From positions 50,230 through 114,229 of the forward strand of contig DATJXE010000004.1 in the NCBI GenBank assembly GCA_035500505.1: a stretch of 64,000 bases of DNA, written 5' to 3'. The position numbers were made by a program, and so were the translations under genes. Positions 9,848-19,164 of the stretch are shown here, piece by piece. Each line of letters opens with the position of its first letter. Within the stretch, counting starts at the first letter, position 1. This stretch comes from Minisyncoccota bacterium (GTDB taxonomy: Bacteria; Patescibacteriota; Minisyncoccia; Phycocordibacterales; UBA2100). The notes below the pieces were generated by a model. The model was not told where the DNA came from, ran no database searches, and was given only the letters and a program-made list of their open reading frames with translations.

Positions 9848-12807
9848 AGCCAACTTTTGAAGGGCTTTCGGTAAGCGATCGTGAGCTTGGAGAGCGGGAT
9901 GCTGAACCCGGAGCGCGGGAGTTCTATCGAAAGATGTCCGGCATTCCCCACCTGCCCTATCCGCACGCTGGGCACGCCGCGCATCAGCATTTCGAATTCT
10001 CGCTGCGCTTCCGGTCGAATAGAAACGAGGACGCGCCCCTGGCTTTCGGAAAACAGTATCGACTCCGCGTTCTTCGGAGCACCGGGAACGCTTGAGAGAT
10101 CGACATCGGCGCCGAACTGGCCTGCGACCGCCGATTTCGCAAGCGCGACGGCAAGCCCGCCGCGTCCCACGCCGAGCGCGGAGGAGATCAGTCCTTCTTC
10201 CATCGCCTGCGACAGCGCGTCGTAGGTCTTCGCGTTCTTCTTCGCGTCGACCGTCGGAACGCCCGCGCCGACGTACCCGAGCATCGAAAAATACTCGGAA
10301 GCGCCGAGTTCGTCCTTCGTGTCGCCCAAAAGGTACAGCAAGTCGCCCTCTTGTTTGAGGTCAAGCGTCACCGCCTTCGACACGTCGGGAATGATGCCGA
10401 TGGCAGAAATGAGAAGCGTGGGCGGCGCTGCGATGTGGATCTTTTCTCCTTGCGCGGTGAATCCGCGGAAGTCGTTGAACATGCTGTCCTTGCCGGAGAT
10501 GTAGGGTGTCGCGTACGCGGTGGCGATATCGAAACACGCCTTCGCGGCGCGCTTGAGCTCGTAGAGTCGCCCGGGCTCGTTGGAACTCGACCAGCAGAAG
10601 TTGTCGAGGATGGCGAGATACTCGCGCGATGCGCCTGCACAAACAGCGTTGCGTACCGCAGTGTCGATGGCAGAGGCCGCCATGTGGTACGTGTCGATGT
10701 CGGAATACCAGGGCGCGTAGCCGTGCGAAAGCACGATGCCTTTTTGCGAGTTGGGCAATGGTTGCAAGACCCCCGCATCCGCGTTGACCCGCCCGCGGCC
10801 CTGCAAAGGCTTCGTCACCGAAGAGCCTTGGACCTCGCTGTCGTACTGCTGCGCGATGAACGCCGTGCTGCCGACATTGGGGCGCGAGAGAAGTTCGAGG
10901 AACGCGGCGTCGAGGCCGCCGGTGCGCCGCAGACGCACAGGTGGATCTGCGTGGACGCGATTCACGCGCTTTCCCTTTTGCACCTCGATCGGCCGCCCGT
11001 CATGCAGGAATTCCATGCCGAGGTCCATGACCTTTTTGCCTTTGTAGCGAACAACGCAACGGCCGGAATCGGTAAAGACGCCGATGCGCGTCGCTTCGAC
11101 ATCGTGCCGGTCGAGTACTTTTTTGAGCTTCGTCCAATTCTTTTTGGGCACCGAAAGTGTCATGCGTTCTTGGGACTCCGATATCCAAATTTGCCACGGC
11201 GAGAGTCCCGGATACTTGAGCGGGACTTTTTCGAGATCGACGAGACAGCCGCCGCATTCCTTCGCCATCTCGGCGACGGCGCACGAAAGTCCGCCCGCGC
11301 CGTTGTCGGTGATGCTCGTGTAGAGCCCTACATCGCGCGCTTCGCGCACGAGCGCGTCCGAAAGTTTTTTCTGCGTGATCGGGTCACCTATCTGCACCGC
11401 CGTCGCGGGAGAACCGCTCGAAAGCGACTCCGACGAAAAGGTCGCGCCGTGGATGCCGTCGAGCCCGACCCTTCCGCCCGCCATGACGATATAGTCGCCC
11501 GGTCGCGCCTTCTTCTCGTAGAGCTTCTTCCCTTTTTGTTTACGAGGGATGAGACCGACAGTGCCGGCGAAGACGAGGGGCTTGCCGCGATAACGCGGGT
11601 CGATCGCGACGAATCCCAAGGGCGTGGGGATGCCGCTTTGGTTGCCGCCCGCGTTGACGCCGCGCACGACGCCTTCGAGGATGCGACGTGCAGCCAGAAG
11701 CGGTTGATGTTTCTCCTTGTCGCGGAAAAGATTCGTTTTGTCTTCCGGGTCGGCCACGCAAAAGCCGTAGACGTTGGCAATGGGCTTCGCGCCCAGACCA
11801 AATCCGAGCGCGTCGCGGTTGACGCCGACGATGCCGGTGATGGCGCCGCCGAAGGGATCGAGCGCCGAAGGAGAATTATGCGTCTCCACCTTGTGCGTCA
11901 CGAGGTATTCATCGTCAAAGGCGATGCCACCGGAGTTGTCGGTAAAAACGGACACGCAGAAATCCTTATCGCCTTTCTCTTTCCGTATCTGCTCCGTGGC
12001 GCCCTTGATGTAGCGGCGATAGATCCCCTCTTTCACTTCGTCCAACGGGTCGGCGAATATCGTGTGTTTGCAATGTTCCGACCACGTCTGCGCGAGCGAT
12101 TCGAGCTCGACGTCGGTCGGGTTGCGGCCAAGTTCTTTGAAATGCTTTTGGATGACCTTCATCGCGTGCAACGAGAGGGCCAAGGGGCCGCGCCGCGTGC
12201 CATCCCTGTCCGCAATGCCCTGTTTGCCTATTCTTCCGAGCTCATCATCCGGCACATTGAGCCTCACGATATCGGCGCGGGCGGAGGCATGTAGCTTCAC
12301 TTTCGGAACGACTATTGGGAACACTCTCGTCCCTGCCTGGTAGACGCTCGCCCGTTCGATGAGTGAGTTGTGCAGACCCCGCGCGAAGCCTTCGGCTTCG
12401 CGCGTTGAGATCTTTCCCGAAAGGAAGATGAGCATCGAGGAGTACACGCTTTCGCTCTCTTTGAATTTCCTCCCAATGGCATCTTCGATCGTCTGCTTCG
12501 CGGTTTTGCCGACGTTGTCCGTGACCCCCGGCAGGAATCCGATCTCTATCGCGCAGGCAAACCCCTTTGGTGCGGACAGCGTGTCGATGGTCGCCTTTTC
12601 GGTGATGGGATTCGCGAGCCGTTTTGCCGCCGTCGCGAGGTCTTCGCGAGAAAGTCTCGCATCGATGGTGTAACAGGAAACGACCGTCGCAGTGGTCGCT
12701 TTGGCGCGCGGGAATGAGTTCCGGAAGGAAGCAAGGTAGCCTTGCGCGCGGGCATCGGGCACGGTCGAGGAAACGGCTATCCGGTGCGCACGGGCCATTG
12801 CCTGCAT
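9844..12807 (-). CDS. purL: phosphoribosylformylglycinamidine synthase II with ~230-aa N-terminal PurS-like extension (PurSL-type fusion)
   Basis: The PurL AIRS/AIRS_C duplicated core is recognizable from LALSLHAMKVIQ...WSEHCKH onward. The N-terminal extension carries PurS-like repeats. No separate purS is present in the operon. Confidence 0.85.
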   Translation of the reverse strand: MQAMARAHRIAVSSTVPDARAQGYLASFRNSFPRAKATTATVVSCYTIDARLSREDLATAAKRLANPITEKATIDTLSAPKGFACAIEIGFLPGVTDNVGKTAKQTIEDAIGRKFKESESVYSSMLIFLSGKISTREAEGFARGLHNSLIERASVYQAGTRVFPIVVPKVKLHASARADIVRLNVPDDELGRIGKQGIADRDGTRRGPLALSLHAMKVIQKHFKELGRNPTDVELESLAQTWSEHCKHTIFADPLDEVKEGIYRRYIKGATEQIRKEKGDKDFCVSVFTDNSGGIAFDDEYLVTHKVETHNSPSALDPFGGAITGIVGVNRDALGFGLGAKPIANVYGFCVADPEDKTNLFRDKEKHQPLLAARRILEGVVRGVNAGGNQSGIPTPLGFVAIDPRYRGKPLVFAGTVGLIPRKQKGKKLYEKKARPGDYIVMAGGRVGLDGIHGATFSSESLSSGSPATAVQIGDPITQKKLSDALVREARDVGLYTSITDNGAGGLSCAVAEMAKECGGCLVDLEKVPLKYPGLSPWQIWISESQERMTLSVPKKNWTKLKKVLDRHDVEATRIGVFTDSGRCVVRYKGKKVMDLGMEFLHDGRPIEVQKGKRVNRVHADPPVRLRRTGGLDAAFLELLSRPNVGSTAFIAQQYDSEVQGSSVTKPLQGRGRVNADAGVLQPLPNSQKGIVLSHGYAPWYSDIDTYHMAASAIDTAVRNAVCAGASREYLAILDNFCWSSSNEPGRLYELKRAAKACFDIATAYATPYISGKDSMFNDFRGFTAQGEKIHIAAPPTLLISAIGIIPDVSKAVTLDLKQEGDLLYLLGDTKDELGASEYFSMLGYVGAGVPTVDAKKNAKTYDALSQAMEEGLISSALGVGRGGLAVALAKSAVAGQFGADVDLSSVPGAPKNAESILFSESQGRVLVSIRPEAQREFEMLMRGVPSVRIGQVGNAGHLSIELPRSGFSIPLSKLTIAYRKPFKSWL

Positions 12808-12836
12808 TATGCGGACTTCGCGCGTCCGCGCAACTC

Positions 12837-13346
12837 CTACTGTCCCCGCTCCAGATCCACCCACCGGTAGCGCAAGCCGTTCCACTCGTGGGCTTCGTCG
12901 AGCGTTTTCTTGGTGAATTCTTTCTCATACGGCGGGAAGAACGTATCCGCCTCTTTGTCGTCGTCGATCAGTGTCAAAAAAAGTTTGTCCACCTGCGGTA
13001 AGACTTGTTCGTACATCTGGGCCCCGCCGCCGATGTGTATCTCTTCGGGGTCGAGCGCTTTTGCTTTTTCTACGGCCTCATCGAGCGACTGCGCGACGAT
13101 CGCTCCTTCGTATGTATAGGTCGGGTCTCTCGTGACTACGATATTCGTGCGCTCTGGTAGCGGCTTTCCCTTGTTATAACTGAGCACTGATTCGAACGTC
13201 TTGCGGCCGAAAATAATAGGGTGCCCGCGCGTGAGCGCTTTAAATCGTTTGAGGTCGTCCGGAATATGCCAGAGCAATTTCCCCTCTTTGCCGAGCTCTC
13301 GGTTCTTCCCTATAGCAACGACGATGCAAATTCGAGGTTTTTTCAT
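12837..13346 (-). CDS. folA: dihydrofolate reductase
   Basis: Start MKKPRICIVVAIGKN..GKEGKLLWHIPDDLKRFK..TRGHPIIFGRKTFES. Classic DHFR motifs. Confidence 0.85.
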   Translation of the reverse strand: MKKPRICIVVAIGKNRELGKEGKLLWHIPDDLKRFKALTRGHPIIFGRKTFESVLSYNKGKPLPERTNIVVTRDPTYTYEGAIVAQSLDEAVEKAKALDPEEIHIGGGAQMYEQVLPQVDKLFLTLIDDDKEADTFFPPYEKEFTKKTLDEAHEWNGLRYRWVDLERGQ

Positions 13347-13420
13347 AGGTCGAATATACCACACCTCGTTTCCCCTGCCCTTGCAACGGCGCGGCAGGCG
13401 CAGAGAGCTATAATGCCCCG

Positions 13421-14095
13421 ATGCAATCCTACGAGGTCGAAGTGAAGTCGCTTTTGGGCAGTGAGGAACGGGCGGACGAACTGCGCGAGGAGATGAAAAA
13501 GATCGATCCCTTAAGCGAGCTCCAAACGAAGAACAAACAGCTGAACCATTATTTTGAAAAAGGGGCGTTAAAGAAACTTGCCGAGGTGCTGTCGCCGCAT
13601 CTCTCCGGCGTTGCGGAGATCAAGCTCGACGACATGGCAGAGCGCGCCAAGGAATTCTCCGTGCGCACGAGAGACAAGAACGGGACGGTCTATTTCGTCG
13701 TCAAGGCTTCGGTCGGCGACGACTCGAGCCAGAACGGGGTCGCGCGCATCGAATTCGAAGAGAAGCTCGACCTTTCGCTCGAAGCACTCGACAAGCTCAT
13801 TCTTTCGGCCGGATTTTCATACCAGGCCAAGTGGTCGCGCGAGCGGGAAGAATATATCTGCAAGAACGTCAACGTGACCCTCGACAAGAACGCCGGCTAC
13901 GGCTGGGTCGCGGAGTTCGAGCTCGTCGTGCAGGACCAGGCAAAGATCTCCGACGCCAAGCGCCAGATCGAGGCCCTCATGCAGGAACTAGGGGTCCAGG
14001 AACTGCCCCAGGAGCGTCTCGAACGGATGTTTTCATATTACAACACACATTGGCAAGAGTACTATGGAACCGACAAAATCTTCACGGTAGAATGA
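13421..14095 (+). CDS. CYTH-domain protein (triphosphate tunnel metalloenzyme-like)
   Basis: N-terminal YEVEVKSLL matches the ExExK CYTH motif. Acidic beta-strands (IEFEEK, AEFEL) follow. Confidence 0.5.
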   Translation: MQSYEVEVKSLLGSEERADELREEMKKIDPLSELQTKNKQLNHYFEKGALKKLAEVLSPHLSGVAEIKLDDMAERAKEFSVRTRDKNGTVYFVVKASVGDDSSQNGVARIEFEEKLDLSLEALDKLILSAGFSYQAKWSREREEYICKNVNVTLDKNAGYGWVAEFELVVQDQAKISDAKRQIEALMQELGVQELPQERLERMFSYYNTHWQEYYGTDKIFTVE

Positions 14096-14099
14096 CGTT

Positions 14100-14678
14100 A
14101 TGTTCCTCTCCGATGTCGACATAAAGAAAGCGATAAAAAAAGGAGAGATCACGCTCGAGCCGTTCACGGAGTTGCGATTGCAGCCTGCAAGTTACGATAT
14201 TTTGCTCGGCAACAAGTTCGTCGAGAACGACGCGAGCAGCACGCGCTTCGTTGACCCGGCACGAAAAGTCTACGCGAAGACGACCGAGAAAGACGTCGCC
14301 GATGGCGAAGAGTTCATGTTGCACCCCGGCGTTTCGGTCCTTGGATTGTCGAAAGAGTTTTTCGGCTCCGACCACTACCTCGTGCAGGTCGGCGGTAAAT
14401 CCTCGCTCGCGCGCATCGGCCTCATGATCCACAACACGGCCGGCATCATCAATCCGGGACACTTTTTGCACATCACGTTCGAGATAACCAATCAGAGTAA
14501 TATTCCTATCATCTTGCGTCCGGGGATGGAGATCGCGCAGATAACATTCTCCAAGCTCACGTCGCCGCCCGAGCGCAACTATCGAAGGGTCGGCCGTTTT
14601 GCCAAGGACAACTGGAACCATTTCATCGAGGCCAAAAAACCCCGCGCGACAAAACGCGCGAAAGTCGGCAAAAAATAG
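14100..14678 (+). CDS. dcd: dCTP deaminase
   Basis: MFLSDVDIKKAI...LEPF...QPASYDILLG. Typical Dcd N-terminus and length (192 aa). Confidence 0.85.
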   Translation: MFLSDVDIKKAIKKGEITLEPFTELRLQPASYDILLGNKFVENDASSTRFVDPARKVYAKTTEKDVADGEEFMLHPGVSVLGLSKEFFGSDHYLVQVGGKSSLARIGLMIHNTAGIINPGHFLHITFEITNQSNIPIILRPGMEIAQITFSKLTSPPERNYRRVGRFAKDNWNHFIEAKKPRATKRAKVGKK

Positions 14679-14679
14679 T

Positions 14680-15648
14680 ATGGATCGCCACCCCGAATAC
14701 CAGTACCTCGATCTTCTTCGGAAGACGCTTGAGCAGGGCGAGGAGCAAGTGGACAAAGGTACGGGTGTAAAAACCTATAGTTGTTTCGGTGCGCAGATCC
14801 GTTTCGATCTCTCGCAAGGATTTCCGATGCTCACGACCAAGAAGGTCTATTGGAACGGCGTCTTGCAAGAACTCTACTGGTTCCTCTCCGGCCAGACCAA
14901 CATCAAATACCTCGTGGATAAGAACGTGCACATCTGGGACGATTACCCGTACAAGCTCTACATGGAGAACGTGGAGCGCAAAGAAGTACCGAGTCTGACC
15001 AAGGATGAATTCATCGCGAAGATCAAAGACGACGCGAAGTTCGCAGAGATGTACGGAGAACTGCCACACATCTACGGCGAGCATTGGAGGCGCTGGATCG
15101 CCCGCGATGGTCGCACAGTGGACCAGCTCGCCTGGGCGATCGAGGAGTTGCGCAAGGACCCCGACGCGCACAATACGCTCGTCACCTCCTGGAATCCGGA
15201 GTACATGTATGCGATGGCAAAGCCCGGCGAGGGAGCCCGCTTCCCCATCTGCCACAACATGTACCAGATAAACATCAAACGTGGTCGCGTGTGTCTCCAG
15301 CTCTATCAGCGCAGCGCCGACATGTTCCTCGGTGTGCCGTTCAACATCGCAAGCTATGCGCTCTTGACGACCATCATCGCCAAGATATTGGGCAGAGAGC
15401 CGGGCGAGTTCGTTCATACGTTCGGCGATTTTCATATGTACGAGAACCACCGCGAACAGATAAAAGAACAGCTTTCGCGGGGGCCAAAACCATTCCCCAT
15501 GGTGCGGTTCACCCAAGATTTCAACTCGCTGGATTCGTTCAAGCCGGAGTACGTCGAGCTCGTCGGGTACGAGCCGCACGCCGCCATCAAGGCGGAACTC
15601 ACCGTCGCGGGCGGATACAACAAGAAGATGCACGGCGCAGCCGCTTAA
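14680..15648 (+). CDS. thyA: thymidylate synthase (ThyA) with ~50-aa insertion
   Basis: Start MDRHPEYQYLDLL. Catalytic FPICHNMYQ and ITSWNP...DLxLxPCH-like motifs are present. An insertion (DDYPYKLYMENVERKEVPSL...) resembles the L. casei-type insert. ATG lies 1 nt after the dcd stop. Confidence 0.9.
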   Translation: MDRHPEYQYLDLLRKTLEQGEEQVDKGTGVKTYSCFGAQIRFDLSQGFPMLTTKKVYWNGVLQELYWFLSGQTNIKYLVDKNVHIWDDYPYKLYMENVERKEVPSLTKDEFIAKIKDDAKFAEMYGELPHIYGEHWRRWIARDGRTVDQLAWAIEELRKDPDAHNTLVTSWNPEYMYAMAKPGEGARFPICHNMYQINIKRGRVCLQLYQRSADMFLGVPFNIASYALLTTIIAKILGREPGEFVHTFGDFHMYENHREQIKEQLSRGPKPFPMVRFTQDFNSLDSFKPEYVELVGYEPHAAIKAELTVAGGYNKKMHGAAA

Positions 15649-15700
15649 ATTCGTATGATTTAGGTCCTACATATCTTTATTCACCAAAATCAAAGAAGAT

Positions 15701-17044
15701 ATGGATTACGCACGCATCAAAAAAGAAGATCCAAGCATCTACAAAGCGATCGAGAACGAGCAGGAGCGGCAGGCCGAGGGCCTTGAGCTCATTCCATCGG
15801 AGAATTACACGTCGTCCGCCGTGATGGAAGCGATGGGGAGCATTCTTACGAACAAATATTCCGAAGGGTACGCCGGCAAGCGTTACTACAACGGCAATGA
15901 ATTCATCGACGAGATAGAATCGCTCGCGATAGCGCGCGCCAAAAAACTCTTCGGCGTCGAACACGTCAACGTCCAGCCGTATTCCGGAAGCCCCGCCAAC
16001 CTCGCGGTATACCTCGCGACGTGCAAGCCGGGCGACGTCGTGTTGGGGCTCAACTTGCCCGACGGCGGCCATCTCACGCACGGCTGGAAAGTCTCGGCGA
16101 CCGGCATCTTCTATAAAACGCTTCCCTACCACGTGCGCAAGGATGGCAAGATAGACATCGAAGAGGTCCGCTCGCTCGCGCGGGAGCACAAGCCGACGCT
16201 CATCTGGGCCGGAGCGACGGCGTACGAATTCAAATACGACTACGCGGCCTTCGCGAAGATAGCCGATGAGGTCGGGGCGTACCTCGCGGTTGACATCGCG
16301 CACATCGCGGGACTCATCGTCGCGGGAGCGCACCCCGACCCCGTCCCCCACGCGCACATCGTGACGACGACCACCCATAAGACGCTCCGCGGACCGCGCG
16401 GCGGTATGATAATGGTCACGAAACGCGGTCTCGCGAAAGACCCCGACCTCGCGTCAAAAGTCGACAAAGGCGTATTTCCGGGTCTTCAGGGCGGTCCGCA
16501 CGACCATCAGACCGCGGGCATTGCCATCGCGCTCAAAGAGGCGGCGACACCTGCGTTCAAAAAATACGGCAAACAGATAGTTGCCAACGCCAAAGCGCTC
16601 GCCGAGAGCCTGAAGAAGAACGGGCTGACCATCGTCGGGAACGGCACCGAGAACCACCTGCTCCGCATCGACGTGGCTCCCATCTTCGGGCCCGGCGGCG
16701 GCGTCTTTGGGAGCGACGCGCTGGAGGTCGCGGGCATGACAGCCAACAAGAACACCATTCCCAAGGACCCCGGGTCGCCGTTCTACCCGAGCGGTATCCG
16801 CATCGGTACGCCGGCGCTGACCACTCGCGGGATGAAAGAGAAGGAAATGAAACAAGTGGGCGCGTGGATCGCACGCGCGATACATGCGGTCGCATCATAT
16901 CGGCTTCCGACGGAGCAAAAAGAGCGCGCCGCTTACATCGCAAAATTCAAGAAAGATATCGCGAAGAACAAAGAACTGCTCGCCATCCGCAGCGAGATAA
17001 AAAAGTTCACCAAGAAGTTTCCGCTCCCCCACGCAAAAGCGTGA
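15701..17044 (+). CDS. glyA: serine hydroxymethyltransferase
   Basis: 447 aa. [10 protein letters not shown] and the PLP-lysine region [14 protein letters not shown] are present. Confidence 0.9.
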   Translation: MDYARIKKEDPSIYKAIENEQERQAEGLELIPSENYTSSAVMEAMGSILTNKYSEGYAGKRYYNGNEFIDEIESLAIARAKKLFGVEHVNVQPYSGSPANLAVYLATCKPGDVVLGLNLPDGGHLTHGWKVSATGIFYKTLPYHVRKDGKIDIEEVRSLAREHKPTLIWAGATAYEFKYDYAAFAKIADEVGAYLAVDIAHIAGLIVAGAHPDPVPHAHIVTTTTHKTLRGPRGGMIMVTKRGLAKDPDLASKVDKGVFPGLQGGPHDHQTAGIAIALKEAATPAFKKYGKQIVANAKALAESLKKNGLTIVGNGTENHLLRIDVAPIFGPGGGVFGSDALEVAGMTANKNTIPKDPGSPFYPSGIRIGTPALTTRGMKEKEMKQVGAWIARAIHAVASYRLPTEQKERAAYIAKFKKDIAKNKELLAIRSEIKKFTKKFPLPHAKA

Positions 17045-17053
17045 TCTTCGTAC

Positions 17054-17662
17054 ATGCTGCATACCCTCCTGCCGCATCTCGGACTCGTGCATCTCGTGCG
17101 TGCCGTCGGCTATCCCGGTCTCTTCGCGGCTGTCTTTCTTGAATCCGGCGTATTCTTCGGATTTTTCCTGCCTGGCTCTTCGATGCTTTTCACCGCCGGG
17201 CTTCTTGCGACGACCGGCCTTTTCAATCCCTGGGTCTTGATGGGGCTCATGGCGCTCGCCGCCATCCTCGGCGACAACGCCGGTTATTGGTTCGGCTCGT
17301 ACATGGGCGTTTCGCTTTTCTTTTGGAGCGACTCGCGCTTTTTCCGCCACGACTATCTCGAACGCGCGAAAGAGTTCTACGAAAAACACGGCATCCTCTC
17401 TATCGTGCTCGCGCGCTTCATTCCCATCGTGCGGACATTCGCGCCGATATTCGCCGGCGTCGTGAAGGTGCGTTACTCGCTTTTCCTCATGTACAACGTG
17501 CTCGGCGGCATCCTCTGGGCCTCCGGCGTCACGTTCCTCGGCTACTTCCTCGGGCGAAAAGTGCCGTTCATCGCAAGCTACATAACGCCCATCGTCATTT
17601 TGATAATCATTGCGAGCCTCGTCCCACTTTTGTGGGAAACGCGCAAGTCGCGTGATCGTTAG
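17054..17662 (+). CDS. DedA/SNARE-associated family membrane protein
   Basis: 202 aa. The DedA signature GYPGLFAAVFLESGVFFGFFLPGSS and multiple TM helices are present. Confidence 0.8.
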   Translation: MLHTLLPHLGLVHLVRAVGYPGLFAAVFLESGVFFGFFLPGSSMLFTAGLLATTGLFNPWVLMGLMALAAILGDNAGYWFGSYMGVSLFFWSDSRFFRHDYLERAKEFYEKHGILSIVLARFIPIVRTFAPIFAGVVKVRYSLFLMYNVLGGILWASGVTFLGYFLGRKVPFIASYITPIVILIIIASLVPLLWETRKSRDR

Positions 17663-17668
17663 CGACAC

Positions 17669-17778
17669 GTCCCCCCGCAGGCCACACGTTTGCCGTGTTC
17701 TCGGAGCGCTTGGCGCGAGAGGCAGGGAATTTTCAGCAGAAAATTACCCGACGGCAAACGTGTGGCCTGCGGGGGGAC
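17669..17778 (+). repeat. conserved ~110-nt long-hairpin element, copy 1 (28-bp perfect outer stem, conserved 70-nt core with two internal hairpins)
   Basis: GTCCCCCCGCAGGCCACACGTTTGCCGT pairs perfectly with ACGGCAAACGTGTGGCCTGCGGGGGGAC. The core CTCGGAGCGCTTGGCGCGAGAGGCAGGGAATTTTCAGCAGAAAATTACCCG lies between them. The 45-nt stretch CGAGAGGCAGGG...ACGGCAAA is identical to copy 2 at 34166-34279. The element fills the DedA/ROK convergent gap. Confidence 0.7.
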
Positions 17779-17786
17779 CTACCCAG

Positions 17787-18560
17787 TTAGTGCAACTGTT
17801 TCAGGCGGGTCATTCCGCCCCAAAGCCCGCCGAAATCGCCGAGCTGCGAGTGGACTATCTCGGGAACGTTGGGGAATTTTTTCATCACCTCAGCGACGTG
17901 CGCACGCACGCGGTCTACGGAGATGCCTATCTCGTTGAACATCGAGCCGCCAAGCACCACGCGCTCCGGCGACCAATGCAGGATGGAGTTGTGCACGCCG
18001 AAAGCGACCGTGCGCGACAGCTCTTCCCAAACTGCATGGTCTTTGCCCAGGTCCTTTGGCGATTCCACTTTGAAGCGCTCCGAAATCGCTTTGCCAGAAA
18101 CCATCTGCTCAAACGTTGTGGGGGTCTCGCCTATCGAAAGGTATTGGCCGCCGATCTCGAACCCTTGTTTGGAAATATCAATTTTCCCATCAACGATGCG
18201 GGCGCCGTTCACACCGGTCGAGACCGTGACGTACATGCAGATGCGCACGCCCTTCCCTGCGCCGTTGGTCGCTTCGCCCAAACCTACGAGCGCCGTGTCA
18301 TTCTCGATATGCAAAGGTGCATTTATACGCGCCTGCAGGTCCTTTTCGAAAGACGGGCGGGACTTCCAAATGGGTTTCCCGACGATGACGCCGTCTATCC
18401 TTCCTCCGTTCGATATACCTTTTACGGTATTGGCAAGATGTTCTATCAAGTCCTTGAGATCAGGTGGTGTGTGCGTGATGAGCGGTTCGTCAAAACGTTC
18501 CAGGTCATCGGTCTTCGCGATGCGCATCTTCGTTTCGCCTACGTCTACCGTGATGTACAT
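17787..18560 (-). CDS. ROK-family sugar kinase (glucokinase-like)
   Basis: 257 aa. The ROK glycine-rich N-terminus (ITVDVGETKMRIA) and the ENDTALVGLGE motif (like ENDANAAALGE) are present. Confidence 0.7.
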   Translation of the reverse strand: MYITVDVGETKMRIAKTDDLERFDEPLITHTPPDLKDLIEHLANTVKGISNGGRIDGVIVGKPIWKSRPSFEKDLQARINAPLHIENDTALVGLGEATNGAGKGVRICMYVTVSTGVNGARIVDGKIDISKQGFEIGGQYLSIGETPTTFEQMVSGKAISERFKVESPKDLGKDHAVWEELSRTVAFGVHNSILHWSPERVVLGGSMFNEIGISVDRVRAHVAEVMKKFPNVPEIVHSQLGDFGGLWGGMTRLKQLH

Positions 18561-18563
18561 ACG

Positions 18564-19139
18564 TTACTCGTCGAGTTGCAGCCCGCCGAAATCGGTTTTT
18601 CGAACTTCTTTGTAGAGCTTGTTGGCGACGAGCGCGGGAGCGCCGTTTTTCTCGACAACATAGTAGGCGAAGCCGTGCATTTTCTTTACCGCTTCGTAAT
18701 CCGCGTGCCCCGGCATCGAAGCGGAATCGCCCGCGCCTTCGACCGGAGAGTCGTCGAGCATAACGAGCCACGTGCTACCGATGTTGACGATGAGGTGCCC
18801 ATATCCGGGCGGCATGTAGGCGGAGTCTCCCGCTTTCACTTTGATCGCCTTGAATTCCTCAACGACGCTCGGATCGTCCTGCGAAACGAGCTTCTGCTGC
18901 AGCACGACGCCTTCGCCGGCGGAGAACCAGTAGGTCTCATCAAGGTTGCCGATGTGGTAGTGGCCGTACGTTTTTATGTATTCACCGCCGACGGTGCCGG
19001 TCTCGAGCACGGTGACGTTGCGCTTCTTCGAGCCGCCGCGGATCATGTAGTAGTGCACCGCCGGTCCCGACGCATCGGGCGCCATCAAGACCTCCTTCAT
19101 CTTCTCTTGCGTACGCGCGGCGTAAGGTTCGAATGCCAT
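18564..19139 (-). CDS. cupin-type glucose-6-phosphate isomerase (archaeal-type cPGI)
   Basis: 191 aa. The cupin metal site TYGHYHx6ETYWF plus downstream PPGYGH matches the His-His-Glu-His ligand arrangement of archaeal cupin PGIs. Confidence 0.6.
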   Translation of the reverse strand: MAFEPYAARTQEKMKEVLMAPDASGPAVHYYMIRGGSKKRNVTVLETGTVGGEYIKTYGHYHIGNLDETYWFSAGEGVVLQQKLVSQDDPSVVEEFKAIKVKAGDSAYMPPGYGHLIVNIGSTWLVMLDDSPVEGAGDSASMPGHADYEAVKKMHGFAYYVVEKNGAPALVANKLYKEVRKTDFGGLQLDE

Positions 19140-19164
19140 GGTTTGATTGTATCAAATCGCGGGG

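Noticed and set aside
10351-12294. 647-aa plus-strand ORF
   Set aside because: It is antisense to purL. It has Arg/Ala/Gly-rich low-complexity translation and no domain motifs. This is a typical high-GC antisense artifact.
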